A stretch of 64,000 nt of DNA from Nanobdellota archaeon. GTDB taxonomy: Archaea > Nanobdellota > Nanobdellia > Pacearchaeales > GW2011-AR1. Where the stretch lies: contig JBBSYO010000007.1 of the NCBI GenBank assembly GCA_038045185.1, positions 18-64,017 on the forward strand. Reading direction: 5' to 3'. Both the position numbers and the translations under genes were made by a program. The notes below the pieces were generated by a model, which had not been told where the DNA came from, did not search any database, and worked only from the letters and a program-made list of their open reading frames with translations. Below, in pieces: positions 1-10,015 of the stretch (its first letter is position 1; each line of letters begins with the position of its first letter).

Positions 1-474
1 ACAAGTTATAAAATGACTATAAAGTGGTAACACCATAGAAAGATTTAAATACCCTTTATTTGTAAAGAAAGCATGACAAAAACAGCGCAGTATATTAAAT
101 CGTTTTACCCCGCAGCTTGCTGCGGCTGGGCGTCAAGCTTAACTTAGAGAAAATCAAGAAGTACGTTCAAGAACAAGGTGGTCCGAATGGTCAGTTACGT
201 CTCGCGTCGTTTTTCTCGTCGTGATACCCCGCTCCGCCGAAGCGGATTTGCCCACAGGCAAACCCTTGGGGCGGTTGGGTAGTTCATTGAACCCAAAATA
301 TTCTTTGAAGGGATATCATTATTCTTCTTTAATTTTTACAGGATAGGGGCACCTATCTTGTTTTGTTTTTCGTTTCGGAGATACTGAACAAACCGCAGCA
401 TTTATAAGTACGTACTTAATACGTATGCAACCAAAGTTACATTATTCAGGAAACCTAAGGAAAGTTATCAGATT

Positions 475-1476
475 TTAAAGAAAAATACTCCAATAAGTAT
501 CAATAAACTCCTGCACAACATAATTAATCAAGTTTTCATATTTATCATTTACCTTCCATAAATCACATTCGTCCGCTTCTCTCAATGCGTCAAGATATTC
601 TTTTCTTGTCCTTTTATGAATAATTGTCGGAGAGAATTTATCATTCATTAATATGAAATTCATTAGCATTCTTCCAGTTCTTCCATTCCCGTCCATAAAC
701 GGGTGAATCCTCTCAAATTTATGATGAAATATCACTGCCAGCACAAGCGGATGAATTTTCTCTTTGTTTTCTCTGAACCAATTTAGCAATAAATTCATAT
801 CTGTTTTAACATATTTTCCAGGAGAAGCATCAAAATTGCTCCTGATGACTCTTACGTCAGTAGTTCTATAGCCCTTTCTTTCATCAATATTTTGAAGCAG
901 TCTATCATGAACCTCAATGATTAATTTATGCTCAAGTTCATTTTTTATTTTTGAATTAAATAAATCGAAAAACACCCTTTCTGTATTTTGTAAGTCATAT
1001 ATCTCTCTAAGTGTTTTTCCTTTCGGAGTTATTCCTTCATTTAAAAGATTTCTTGCCTCGTTTAAGTTAATTGTATTCCCCTCTATAGAGGCAGTATTAT
1101 AGGCAAATTCTACAATATATGTCTGTAAAATCTCTTTTTTCGTTAAATCGTCTAAGTTATCAAAAACACCAGAATAGTGTAATTTACAAGCAGTTATTTC
1201 ATCTATTTTTTCTTTTAGAAATAGCTCTCTTTTTAATTTCAATTTTTTAACTTTTTCAAGAAAATGATTTGATTCTAAAAAAGAGTTAATTATCTTGTAA
1301 GATCTTCTAATCTTTTCTTTATATTCGGAAATTTTGTCTAAATTAGATTTAACTTCTTCTATAGTACCGCCTAAATAAGCGATATCCTTCGTAATTAGCT
1401 TCTTTCCTTTCTTCTCAGAGGCTCTAAGGTAATAATAAATCTTATTGCCTATTGGCTTCTTGTATATGTAAACCAC
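475..1476 (-). CDS. Fic (Fido) domain protein
   Basis: 333-aa ORF with canonical Fic motif HPFMDGNGRTGR. GTG start lies about 25 nt downstream of a TATTTAAAT box, the leaderless-style promoter seen at many genes here. Confidence 0.85.
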   Translation of the reverse strand: MVYIYKKPIGNKIYYYLRASEKKGKKLITKDIAYLGGTIEEVKSNLDKISEYKEKIRRSYKIINSFLESNHFLEKVKKLKLKRELFLKEKIDEITACKLHYSGVFDNLDDLTKKEILQTYIVEFAYNTASIEGNTINLNEARNLLNEGITPKGKTLREIYDLQNTERVFFDLFNSKIKNELEHKLIIEVHDRLLQNIDERKGYRTTDVRVIRSNFDASPGKYVKTDMNLLLNWFRENKEKIHPLVLAVIFHHKFERIHPFMDGNGRTGRMLMNFILMNDKFSPTIIHKRTRKEYLDALREADECDLWKVNDKYENLINYVVQEFIDTYWSIFL

Positions 1477-1604
1477 CCCTAAAACAGAAGCAAAGAGTAT
1501 TTAAATCTTACCCTTTAAATTACAAATATCAAAAATAAAGGGTAAGAGCCATTACTCTTAGAAAAACTGCCCAAATATCTTTTTCAATTCTCTAAAGTTT
1601 AAAA

Positions 1605-4130
1605 TTATCTAAATCTCGGTGGTACATATCCCTGCTGGATTACAGGTCTCTGCAAGGGTCTTCTCGATTTTTTGACATTAAGGAATATCAATATGCCTGC
1701 AACAACCAAGATAGCTATTGCCAATACCCCTATTATTACATAAACGATAGTATGGCTCTTCTTTGCAGAACTTTCATCCAAAACAAAAGAATCACCAGAG
1801 TAAGTGGAATCGTCTCCTGAGTAAATATCTCCGCCAGATTGAGAATCAGGCGTTCCTGTTCCGCCCGCGGTAGGAGTTGCACACGTTCTGTTGGTTTCAG
1901 CAGGCTTGCCTATATTCGTCCTGCAGTTGCGCGCATCAGTGCACGTGTAAGTTTCAACATTATTGACGCACGCGTTCCACACGCAGTTCCATGAAGGTCT
2001 GCATCGTCCCCCGTTTGAAGTGGACGCCCCGTCATCATTATCTTCGAGAGAGTCATATATTCGTTCAATCTCTCCTGCACTCAATGCGCGCGCATAAAGC
2101 GCGAACTCATCCAATGTTCCTTTAAAGTAAGATTCGCGCGAAGGCGTTAGCTGCGCACCAAGGCTTAACTCTCCAGTTGTGGAAAACTCCTTGCAATCCT
2201 CGTTTGAATCTTCATCTTCTAACTCGCCGTCAATATAAAGAAGCCGCTTATTATTCAGCGAATTATCCATAACAGCCACAACATGATGCCATGCGTTGTT
2301 ATCCAAGGAAGATGCAGACTCAAGCTCTCTGTCTTCTCGCGCGCATCGCGCGTCAAATTTAACGATTCCGTTGTCCATATAAATTTTATAATAGCGCCCG
2401 CGGGTTGAATTGCTTTTGTCAAGTATAACCTGCTCGTCTGAAGAATTGCTCCTAAACCATATGCTTGCTGTAAATGAGCCTCCTGCGAAATCAAGAGAAG
2501 GCTGGTCGTTGATGCGGACATAATCCCTGTCGCCGTCAAAGAACAACGCATCTCGTTCAATACCGTCGTCATCTTCACGCGCACCAGTCACTTGTCCATC
2601 ATTGTCATAAGCAGAACTGTCCTGGACTTTGTTATTTGAATCAATATCCTCAAAGTGGTGCGAAGCAACAAGAATTGTCTGCTCGTAAGTGCTTGTTGCT
2701 TCACTTTCTGTAAGAACTTTGTTATACAATTTGAGCTCATCAATCTGCCCTTGATACGCGCTTCCAGCCCCTGCTTTTCCTATAAGCATTGGGTTAGTGT
2801 TTCCATATGCTTCAAGAACATTCCCTATATTCCCAGCCACAGTGCCTTTTTTCTGCCCATCAATATACATTTCAATCTTTGAGCCTCCCTCAAAGATACC
2901 TGTGAATAAATGCCATTGCCCGTCTTGATATGTCTGCCCGCATTCCCGAACATACACTCTATCGCTTGCTCCTCCATCTTCTGAAACATAGAAATCAATT
3001 CCTGCTTGATTTGGGCATATTCCGCCCGCCACAGCAACATCAGCAAACCAGCTAATTTTTCCTGATGTTCCATCCCACTTGCCTGCAAAAATCTGATTCC
3101 CTAAAGTTTTAGTTCCCTTAAACCAAAAACTAACACTAAATCTGCTTCCAGGATTCAGCGACGCGCTTGCCTGAACATAATCATCAATTCCATCAAACTG
3201 CAATGCGTTGCTTCCTATCCCCTGCACAATCACAGGACCAACAATTGTTCCATCTCTATCAGTCGGAGAAGCATCTTGAACAACGTTATTTGACGCGCTT
3301 TCAAAATCATAAGAAACCTGAAGTTCGTGCCTCATCGCAAGATTAAGCCCGACAATTTCTGTTTCCGCAAGTGCGCGGTTATACAGCCTGAATTCATCAA
3401 TCTGTCCTTGGTATGGGCTTTCAGACTCCCATCTTGCTCTGGTTTTTCCAATAAGTAACGGCTCTCTACTATTATACGCTTCAAGAACATTTCTTATATC
3501 TCCAGTCACCGCGCCTTTTTTCTGCCCATCAATATACATTTCAATCTTTGAGCCTCCTTCAAACACCCCTGCAAAATGATGCCAGTTTCCATCCTGATAC
3601 GTCTGCCCGCATTCTATAACATAAACTGTGTCTCTTGAATTACCCCTTGAAACATAAAACTTAATGCTTGATTGATTTGGGCAGACTCCTGAATTTGCTG
3701 AAATATCTGCAGACCAGCTACTGTTTAAAGAACTACTGTTTACAGAACTATTTCTATCCGTCTTGCCTGCAAAAACCTGATTTCCTTGAGTTTTAGTTCC
3801 CTTAAACCAAAAACTCACACTAAACCTGTTCCCAGGATTCAGCGACGCGCTTGCCTGAACATAATCATCAACTCCATCAAACTGCAAGGCATTCCCGCGA
3901 ATGCCTGAAACAGTTGTTGCTCCCGAAACAGTTCCATTGTTTGCTCCAGTGCGGTCAATAGTTGTTCCTTGGCTTACACTATCAAGCCCATAATCAACAA
4001 CAACGTCTGGCGGAGAAAGCGAAACCCCTCTGCTTTGTTCCTTAATACTATCAAGAGAACTCCAAGCAACCAGCAAAAGAACTATCAATAACAGCTCAAC
4101 AGCCCATAATGTTTTAGCTGAATATTTCAT
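1605..4130 (-). CDS. Secreted, C-terminally anchored surface protein with three LamG/concanavalin-A-like repeats and a Cys-rich module
   Basis: 841 aa with an N-terminal hydrophobic signal. Three repeats carry ALQFDG(V/I)DDYV or ALFFDGDRDYV plus FSVSFWF-type motifs, and the first two repeats are near-identical. These are followed by a Cys-rich segment (RCRPSWNCVWNACVNN...), an S/G/T linker, and a C-terminal TM helix with a basic tail. Confidence 0.75.
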   Translation of the reverse strand: MKYSAKTLWAVELLLIVLLLVAWSSLDSIKEQSRGVSLSPPDVVVDYGLDSVSQGTTIDRTGANNGTVSGATTVSGIRGNALQFDGVDDYVQASASLNPGNRFSVSFWFKGTKTQGNQVFAGKTDRNSSVNSSSLNSSWSADISANSGVCPNQSSIKFYVSRGNSRDTVYVIECGQTYQDGNWHHFAGVFEGGSKIEMYIDGQKKGAVTGDIRNVLEAYNSREPLLIGKTRARWESESPYQGQIDEFRLYNRALAETEIVGLNLAMRHELQVSYDFESASNNVVQDASPTDRDGTIVGPVIVQGIGSNALQFDGIDDYVQASASLNPGSRFSVSFWFKGTKTLGNQIFAGKWDGTSGKISWFADVAVAGGICPNQAGIDFYVSEDGGASDRVYVRECGQTYQDGQWHLFTGIFEGGSKIEMYIDGQKKGTVAGNIGNVLEAYGNTNPMLIGKAGAGSAYQGQIDELKLYNKVLTESEATSTYEQTILVASHHFEDIDSNNKVQDSSAYDNDGQVTGAREDDDGIERDALFFDGDRDYVRINDQPSLDFAGGSFTASIWFRSNSSDEQVILDKSNSTRGRYYKIYMDNGIVKFDARCAREDRELESASSLDNNAWHHVVAVMDNSLNNKRLLYIDGELEDEDSNEDCKEFSTTGELSLGAQLTPSRESYFKGTLDEFALYARALSAGEIERIYDSLEDNDDGASTSNGGRCRPSWNCVWNACVNNVETYTCTDARNCRTNIGKPAETNRTCATPTAGGTGTPDSQSGGDIYSGDDSTYSGDSFVLDESSAKKSHTIVYVIIGVLAIAILVVAGILIFLNVKKSRRPLQRPVIQQGYVPPRFR

Positions 4131-4166
4131 CTCTCCCTTAATAATTCTCTATTTAAATAACTTCTT

Positions 4167-4212
4167 ATGGATAATTCGCAAATCGTGTGCTTTAATCAAG
4201 CGAATTATCCAT
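4167..4212. promoter_or_regulatory. 13-bp perfect inverted repeat between hjc stop and the LamG-protein promoter (operator or terminator hairpin)
   Basis: ATGGATAATTCGC (4167-4179) and GCGAATTATCCAT (4200-4212) are separated by 20 nt. The repeat lies just upstream of the TATTTAAATA box of the 1605..4130 gene. Confidence 0.35.
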
Positions 4213-4270
4213 TAGAGAATTCTGAACAAAACGTGCTATAATTATCAGAATTATCTATACAACCTCCGCC

Positions 4271-4657
4271 TTAAAAAAACTGCCCGAATCGCTTCCCGTT
4301 CTTTTTGCAGTTATCAAGCGATACAACCCAGTTAGCTCCTGTATCTTCAAGTTGTGCTGTATCAAGAAAAAACCAGCCCTCCCGATTGAACCGAGCAGCG
4401 ATAACAGTCCGCAAGCCCATCATCTGCCCAAACAGCATAAAGTCCTCAATCTGCTGGCGCGTGATGTAAATCCTCTTTTTTTTGCTTGATTTTGCTTCAA
4501 CAACAACGCCCTGTTTTCCTAACTTGCCTGCAAACAAGTCGCACGGCGAGTTGTCATTGACTCCACTCCCAGCAACGCGCGCAGCCCGCCAGCCGTGCTT
4601 CGTAAACAATTCAACAAGCTCTCGTTCTGCCTTCGACCCTTTTTCTTTGTTTGACAT
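4271..4657 (-). CDS. hjc: Holliday junction resolvase Hjc
   Basis: 128 aa. GSKAERELVELFTKHGWRAARVAGSG ... DLFAGK ... VVEAKSS is the archaeal Hjc PD-(D/E)XK pattern (E, D, E-x-K). Confidence 0.8.
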   Translation of the reverse strand: MSNKEKGSKAERELVELFTKHGWRAARVAGSGVNDNSPCDLFAGKLGKQGVVVEAKSSKKKRIYITRQQIEDFMLFGQMMGLRTVIAARFNREGWFFLDTAQLEDTGANWVVSLDNCKKNGKRFGQFF

Positions 4658-4659
4658 AT

Positions 4660-5154
4660 TTATTTCCGGTTAACTATTACATTCCTTCCTAATATAATGT
4701 AGAATTTATAAAATTCCCTGCTTGACTTACTATTTCCTGATAAGATAAAGTTTGGTTCTCCCAAAATATCTTGCGTACTTAATTCCTCTCCCATTAAACA
4801 AGTAAAATTTGGGTAATTTTGTTCATCATCATCTACAACCTCACAATCATTTTGCACTTGATTAAATTCACTAGAGTCAATGCAATATGAATGGTCTGAG
4901 AACGCCAAGTAATTTAAATCAGAATCCAAAGCATCTGCTGCCAGCTCTTCAACAGTATCGCCTGCGATATGCCCCTCAAGTGTCCATGGCCAACAATTAT
5001 CTCCAGTCGTAAGGGGATTTCCATCATACCCCCACCAAGTACTATACCCTGTATGCTCATGTATATCTTCACTAATCCATACGGCTGCCAAAACTAAAGG
5101 GACTGCGACCATAAACAGGAGAAGAGAGGTTAAGGTAAGAAATACTTTTTTCAT
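4660..5154 (-). CDS. Secreted acidic protein, possibly a truncated PHP-like fragment
   Basis: 164 aa with signal peptide MKKVFLTLTSLLLFMVAVPLVLA and an LAFSDHSY segment. The last ~30 aa look non-protein-like. The stop abuts the hjc start. Confidence 0.4.
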   Translation of the reverse strand: MKKVFLTLTSLLLFMVAVPLVLAAVWISEDIHEHTGYSTWWGYDGNPLTTGDNCWPWTLEGHIAGDTVEELAADALDSDLNYLAFSDHSYCIDSSEFNQVQNDCEVVDDDEQNYPNFTCLMGEELSTQDILGEPNFILSGNSKSSREFYKFYIILGRNVIVNRK

Positions 5155-5480
5155 TTAGAGCCGCCTCTTTTATTAAGGATTACTTTTCCGATTAGGGCGC
5201 CGATAACAATCCATAAAATAATATTTAAAATGTTAGCTGTTATTTCTAATGAATAGTTGTTTAATTTAATACCAATTGCTTCAAAAAAAACAACAAATAT
5301 GCTACCTATTAGTCCAAAAGTCAAGAATACTGGCCAAAAAGGAGGAAGAGTAAAAAGAGAGATTCCAATCTCGCCTATTGGAGAATAGAACCTCCAATAA
5401 ATAAATCCAATAAAGGGTATAAAAGCATATATCCCTCCTATTAGTGCAAGAGCAACTATTAGTTTTTTTAATTTTCTCAT
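5151..5480 (-). CDS. Small multi-pass membrane protein (tandem paralog 1)
   Basis: 109 aa. Shares ALIGG(I/L)YAFIPFIGFIYW and PPFWP motifs with the adjacent 5482..5817 ORF. Confidence 0.55.
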   Translation of the reverse strand: MRKLKKLIVALALIGGIYAFIPFIGFIYWRFYSPIGEIGISLFTLPPFWPVFLTFGLIGSIFVVFFEAIGIKLNNYSLEITANILNIILWIVIGALIGKVILNKRGGSK

Positions 5481-5481
5481 T

Positions 5482-5817
5482 TTATGGAACTGAGATTGGA
5501 GCCCTCATCTTCACGATAATTTTACCTACAAAAAAACCAATAATAGACCATAGAAATATATTTAACAGATTTGTGAAAGCCTCTATAACGCCATTAGATA
5601 AAGAGGGAAACAAATTGTTTATTAATGCTAAAGGAAAACCAACGATAGAAAAAGTCAGAAGTGCAGGCCAAAACGGCGGCAATATTAGTAAAAATGCCGG
5701 TCCGGGTTCTCCTGTTGTAGAGAACATCCACCAATAAATAAATCCAATAAAGGGTATAAACGCATAGAGTCCCCCAATTAATGCAAAAGCCCACGTCAAT
5801 TTTTTCTGTGTTTTCAT
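5482..5817 (-). CDS. Small multi-pass membrane protein (tandem paralog 2)
   Basis: 111 aa, a paralog of 5151..5480 with the same conserved motifs. Only 1 nt separates the two genes. Confidence 0.55.
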   Translation of the reverse strand: MKTQKKLTWAFALIGGLYAFIPFIGFIYWWMFSTTGEPGPAFLLILPPFWPALLTFSIVGFPLALINNLFPSLSNGVIEAFTNLLNIFLWSIIGFFVGKIIVKMRAPISVP

Positions 5818-5836
5818 TTAGAGCTGCCCCCCTTAT

Positions 5837-6118
5837 TCATATTTCAGTGCCTTTTTTTATAAGTTCTCTCAAAAATCTGCTGTCAGTGTGAACCCAGGTA
5901 ATGCCCTTCAGGCCAACTGCAATCTTCCCACTTTTTTCAAGATATTCAAGAACAACCATCAAAGTGGCATGATTAACCTGTCTTGGCAATTTTCTCTTCA
6001 ACTCGGCTACAGTTATGACGCTATTTTCTGATTTTTTTATTGCCTCTTCTATCATTATGACTGTGTTCAAAGTAGGCCAATGTGCTACCTTTCTCTGTCT
6101 TATTATTTGTTGTGACAT
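5837..6118 (-). CDS. Small winged-helix-like DNA-binding protein
   Basis: 93 aa and a clear paralog of 14728..15000. Aligned motifs are HWPTLNTVIMIEE / HYPSLRTMLMVER, ELKRKLP / ELKRRLP and VLEYLEKSGKI / ILKYLEEKGMI. Confidence 0.5.
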   Translation of the reverse strand: MSQQIIRQRKVAHWPTLNTVIMIEEAIKKSENSVITVAELKRKLPRQVNHATLMVVLEYLEKSGKIAVGLKGITWVHTDSRFLRELIKKGTEI

Positions 6119-6231
6119 TTTAGTCCAATTTAGTTATTAACTCATAACTAATAGTTACGAAATAGTATTTAAATATTTCTATGCTGAAGTATAGATAGGT
6201 AGATTTATATACGATCTACCTCTCTATTTTT

Positions 6232-6375
6232 ATGACTAATGCTAAAAAAGAGAAAATCAGTTTGACTGTCGACACAGAAGTTTGGAAAGATGCTAAACAT
6301 TATTGTATTGACAATAAACTTGAATATTCGTCTTTTGTCGAGCAGTTAATTAAAGAGAAGTTGAAAAAGGAATAA
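6232..6375 (+). CDS. Ribbon-helix-helix (CopG-like) small protein
   Basis: 47-aa ORF below the track cutoff: MTNAKKEKISLTVDTEVWKDAKHYCIDNKLEYSSFVEQLIKEKLKKE. It has a beta strand followed by two helices. It ends 23 nt before the ATG of the GIY-YIG gene. Confidence 0.5.
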   Translation: MTNAKKEKISLTVDTEVWKDAKHYCIDNKLEYSSFVEQLIKEKLKKE

Positions 6376-6398
6376 ATTTGTATGATCGAAAATATATA

Positions 6399-6836
6399 AT
6401 GAAAAATAAAAGAAAAAACAATAAATCTCTTCTGATTAAAGGAGCTTTAGAAAAGATACCTGCGGAAGTCATTGAAGATGAAGCCTTTAGGAAGAAATTG
6501 AGAAACATGATGAAAGGATGGTCTGGTATTTATGCTTTATATAAAGATGATAGGGTATATTATATTGGCAAGGCCACAAGTAGTTTTTGGAGGTTATGGG
6601 GACATTTTAGGAGAGACAGGCACGTAGGAAAGTGGAACAAATTTAGTGTGTTTAGATTTAAGAGAATAAGATATTTAGATGATTTAGAATCACTTTTATT
6701 ACACATATCTAAACCAAAAGGAAATAGGGCTGTTGCCAGAATACCAAAAGATATGGCTTTAACAAGTCTTTTGAGAAAGGAAATTAAAGAATCTAGAAAA
6801 CGAGCTCAAAAGATAGAGAAAGCAATAAAGAGTTAA
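6399..6836 (+). CDS. GIY-YIG family nuclease
   Basis: The first in-frame ATG is at 6399 (the track start at 6378 is TTG). GIYALYKDDRVYYIGKA, R..GH and LESLLLHISKPKGN match the GIY-x9-YIG, Arg, Glu and Asn motifs. Confidence 0.7.
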   Translation: MKNKRKNNKSLLIKGALEKIPAEVIEDEAFRKKLRNMMKGWSGIYALYKDDRVYYIGKATSSFWRLWGHFRRDRHVGKWNKFSVFRFKRIRYLDDLESLLLHISKPKGNRAVARIPKDMALTSLLRKEIKESRKRAQKIEKAIKS

Positions 6837-6937
6837 AGACTTATTTTACAAGTGATACTTTATTTACAAAGCCTATGCTCGGAGCAGTTGAAACTACTCA
6901 GAATAAAAAACAAAAAAACAAATAATTAAAAATAAGT

Positions 6938-7933
6938 TTATCCAGAGCCTGAATTGCTTTCACTTCTGTCTTGGGTAACTGCATCAACTTCGCCCTTACT
7001 GCCTCTAAAGAGTTTAAAGAAGTTTTCCCATCTGGAATTTGTCTTTCCAGACTTAACCGCTTTTTGATATTCTTCATACACTTCGGCTTTGCAGTCCGCG
7101 TAGTCATCAGAGTCAGTTTCATATTGGCTGCATCTGGTTGTTACTTTTTCAGCAGATTTCTCCTCAATTTTCTTTCTCTGTTCAATCTTCTGCTCTATCT
7201 CAACCTCTGCTTTTTCTCTCGCCGTCTTAGCAACCTTGGCATCGTCAGATTGTCTGACGGCCCTTTCTTTAATGGCAAGAGTTATTTCATAACTCGCACC
7301 GCCGTCAATTTTTAGAGTGCCTTTCCAGACCCCCATACTCGCAAAGATATTCACGCGTTCAAGCGTCAGTTTTCCTATAACAGATTTGCCTGTTCCCCTG
7401 CTCGTATAAACGTTGTATTCATAGCTTGATGTTGCACTGTCAGTAGCAGTATTCACATCTCTTTCAGCCATGAATTTGAACTTCTCGTTTCCGACACGAA
7501 GCGTTCCTCTGACAACTTCAAGTCGCATTCCGCTCAAGTCATCTTTCTTTACAAAGGATTTCTTGACAAAAAAGATGTTGGCAAGCGCGCCCTTGTTAGA
7601 GTCAGTTATAGCCCATCCCTGTCCATAAAACGCTTGTGCAGGCAATCCCTTGTAGATTCCTCCTCTCTGCCCGATATCTATTTCTTCCTCGGATTCTATT
7701 TCAACTTCGTCAGCAATATCTTCACTGCTTAGCTCATCGCTTGAAACAGCAGTCAGAGAAACTTCAGTCGAAGAGCCAACGCCCGCAACAGAAGGTTCTG
7801 CATCGCTCACAGCCCTCGCCCGCCGACCATCTCCTCGCGAGTCATCAGCGCCTTCTCTGGCGATTGCAATTGTTCCTGCAAAAACGCTCGCAACGAGCAT
7901 CAGGGCAATTAGTAATTGTACTTTCATTTTCAT
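6938..7933 (-). CDS. Secreted protein of unknown function
   Basis: Track ORF trimmed to the ATG at 7933, which is preceded by GGAGG. Signal peptide is MKMKVQLLIALMLVASVFAGTIAIA. An acidic S/D/E-rich stretch and a K/E-rich C-terminus follow. Confidence 0.55.
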   Translation of the reverse strand: MKMKVQLLIALMLVASVFAGTIAIAREGADDSRGDGRRARAVSDAEPSVAGVGSSTEVSLTAVSSDELSSEDIADEVEIESEEEIDIGQRGGIYKGLPAQAFYGQGWAITDSNKGALANIFFVKKSFVKKDDLSGMRLEVVRGTLRVGNEKFKFMAERDVNTATDSATSSYEYNVYTSRGTGKSVIGKLTLERVNIFASMGVWKGTLKIDGGASYEITLAIKERAVRQSDDAKVAKTAREKAEVEIEQKIEQRKKIEEKSAEKVTTRCSQYETDSDDYADCKAEVYEEYQKAVKSGKTNSRWENFFKLFRGSKGEVDAVTQDRSESNSGSG

Positions 7934-8050
7934 ATACCTCCTTTCATGTTTGTGTTTTGCATGTTCTCTCAAATCGTGGCTGATTTAAATAGTTATAGAA
8001 AGGTTCAAACAAGTTTGAAGGAGTTGCTTTAGGGCGATAAAAGTAGGGTC

Positions 8051-9976
8051 TTAAAATAATTCGGTAATATAAACTTGCGCGTACGCTTGCTCATCTGGAT
8101 AATATATCGAAGCAGAATATTGATCAGAGTTTGTTCGGTCCGTAAGAACCAAACTACCATAACGGTCCGCGCTTCCGTATAAGTCCCGATTAGATTCAAA
8201 TCTAATTTCGTCAAAGACATCATCTCCGCCCCAACTTGTTTCAATATCTTCCACCCCTAAACCATTATCTGTCCCATTACCTTCTGTTTTCACAGTCAAC
8301 GCCTCGAATTGATTACTATCATCTATCTCTTCGAAGATGACAATAGCAGGGTTATTGATTACATCGCGCCTAACATCTAAGTGAATAAGCGCCCTATCTA
8401 AGATTCCTGTTCCGCTTATCATATAATTAATTTTGCCGATTGGAACCGTTATTTGGGTAGAGTCCCTTGATGTATTTAATGCATACATTCCAGTGCTTGT
8501 ATTTACTTGATAATAACCATTGCTTACCGGATTGAACACGACTTCGTCAGCATAATGATCGCCATCTGATAGCATGAGGTAAAACGAACCGCCAACAGAA
8601 CCCCCATAAAACGAAGGAAGAGTGCGCAGGTTCATATAAGTAGGTTCATAGAACATAAACTGCGCTCCTTTGGAAGTCTCAATCGTCGGAAAAAATATAC
8701 CTCTTCCCGAATCAGGACTATCTGGGTAATTAAGGCGTATGAACCTTGTTTCCTGCGGAGAAGTTGCTGCGCCATAGTAATTTACATTATAAGTCTTTCC
8801 GCCAAAAACGACCGTGCCTATTCCTTCCGCAGTTATAATTGCATTAATTTGGCGTTCACTGAAAAAGTCTTGAAACACAATCTCATCATCTTCGAACCCG
8901 CTACTTGAGTTGTATATACGATCTATTTGGACAAGGCCCCCACTGCGTCCGTTGCCAACAACCACATACTCCTGAAAATACGCATCCTTCATTTCAATAA
9001 CGTTTATTTTTTTATCACCATTTGCAAGTTTAAGTACGCCAGATTCTGCCTTCACAAAAGGAAGTACTTTTCGATTGTTTTGGTAGTCTGTTATATTCAA
9101 TCTCAATTCGTTATCGCCAAATGGAAATATGCTTATGGACTCGCGTTGCGGATGATTGGCAGTCAAGGGAATATGCAACCCTCGGTATTCAAACTTAAAT
9201 GTGCCAAAGACTGGGTCGACAAAAGGCGAAGTTTGAGTGATGGCATTTACATCTGAATCTGCGGCGGCGACAAAAATGTTAAGATTAGTTAATTGAGCTA
9301 CGTTGCCATCAAAATCCACAAGTGTTCCTTCAATGAGTTCTTGATTGACGCCGCTCTTTACTCCAGAGCCATCCTCGAGCCATAATAATTCACTTGCGTT
9401 AACTAAATGTTTAAGCACGAGTTGAGCTGAGGTAGTTCGGTTGTCCACAATAAATTGCTTGTTGAAGAGTGTAATCTGCTTACCTATTGAAGCAGGATGT
9501 ATGAAGTTAATTGGCTGTGTAAAACTAATTGTCAGGATATAAACTTTATTTTCAGGAGATGTCCCTAATTTGATAGCATCAAGAGGGTCTTGGTCAGAAG
9601 TAGGTTGTTTTTCATAAGTTACTTGCGACAAAATACTTTGAGGCAGTCCGCCAACAATAATTGCTTGTTGATACGCAGTTCGGACGTTTCCGTTGAACAT
9701 GCCTCTGCGAAGCACTGTTGGCAATTCCCGTTCAGTGAGCGCAGATACCACTTCATTAATGGTGTCATTCAAATACAATTTTCTCGAGGTTGTAAAAAGA
9801 GGATAACTGACTGGTCTCTCAAAAGCAATTTTGGGAGGGATTGCACTGTTCGAGGTTATGTTGCACCCAGGACCAGAGCAAGACGGATTAAGCTGCGGTT
9901 CAGATTTCGAGAAACTAAACATAATTACTCCAACCATAAGAACAACGACTAAGACTATCCAGAATCCCCGCTTCAT
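8051..9976 (-). CDS. Large extracellular protein (S-layer/adhesin-like), unknown family
   Basis: 641 aa with an N-terminal TM/signal (FWIVLVVVLMVGVIMF). Composition looks beta-rich and no catalytic motif was recognised. Confidence 0.55.
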   Translation of the reverse strand: MKRGFWIVLVVVLMVGVIMFSFSKSEPQLNPSCSGPGCNITSNSAIPPKIAFERPVSYPLFTTSRKLYLNDTINEVVSALTERELPTVLRRGMFNGNVRTAYQQAIIVGGLPQSILSQVTYEKQPTSDQDPLDAIKLGTSPENKVYILTISFTQPINFIHPASIGKQITLFNKQFIVDNRTTSAQLVLKHLVNASELLWLEDGSGVKSGVNQELIEGTLVDFDGNVAQLTNLNIFVAAADSDVNAITQTSPFVDPVFGTFKFEYRGLHIPLTANHPQRESISIFPFGDNELRLNITDYQNNRKVLPFVKAESGVLKLANGDKKINVIEMKDAYFQEYVVVGNGRSGGLVQIDRIYNSSSGFEDDEIVFQDFFSERQINAIITAEGIGTVVFGGKTYNVNYYGAATSPQETRFIRLNYPDSPDSGRGIFFPTIETSKGAQFMFYEPTYMNLRTLPSFYGGSVGGSFYLMLSDGDHYADEVVFNPVSNGYYQVNTSTGMYALNTSRDSTQITVPIGKINYMISGTGILDRALIHLDVRRDVINNPAIVIFEEIDDSNQFEALTVKTEGNGTDNGLGVEDIETSWGGDDVFDEIRFESNRDLYGSADRYGSLVLTDRTNSDQYSASIYYPDEQAYAQVYITELF

Positions 9977-10015
9977 AAATAAATTAGGCTTAATTTGTTT
10001 ATATATCTTTCTTTC

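Noticed and set aside
1..474. Search for 5S rRNA, SRP RNA or a gene fragment at the left edge
   Set aside because: Only a 9-codon frame reaches the left edge, ending at the stop at positions 28-30. No 5S or SRP signature sequences were found by eye.
2255..3088. Internal and antisense ORFs within the LamG gene. Similar nested ORFs occur elsewhere, for example 16400..16882, 23522..24085, 53112..53696, 54649..55116, 56026..56304 and 60279..60734
   Set aside because: Each is fully contained in, or antisense to, a longer ORF with clear domain motifs. None has a motif of its own.
5444..5794. ORFs 5444..5737 (+) and 5594..5794 (-) overlapping the tandem membrane-protein genes
   Set aside because: They are alternative frames of the two paralogous membrane-protein genes. 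The paralogy supports the annotated frames.
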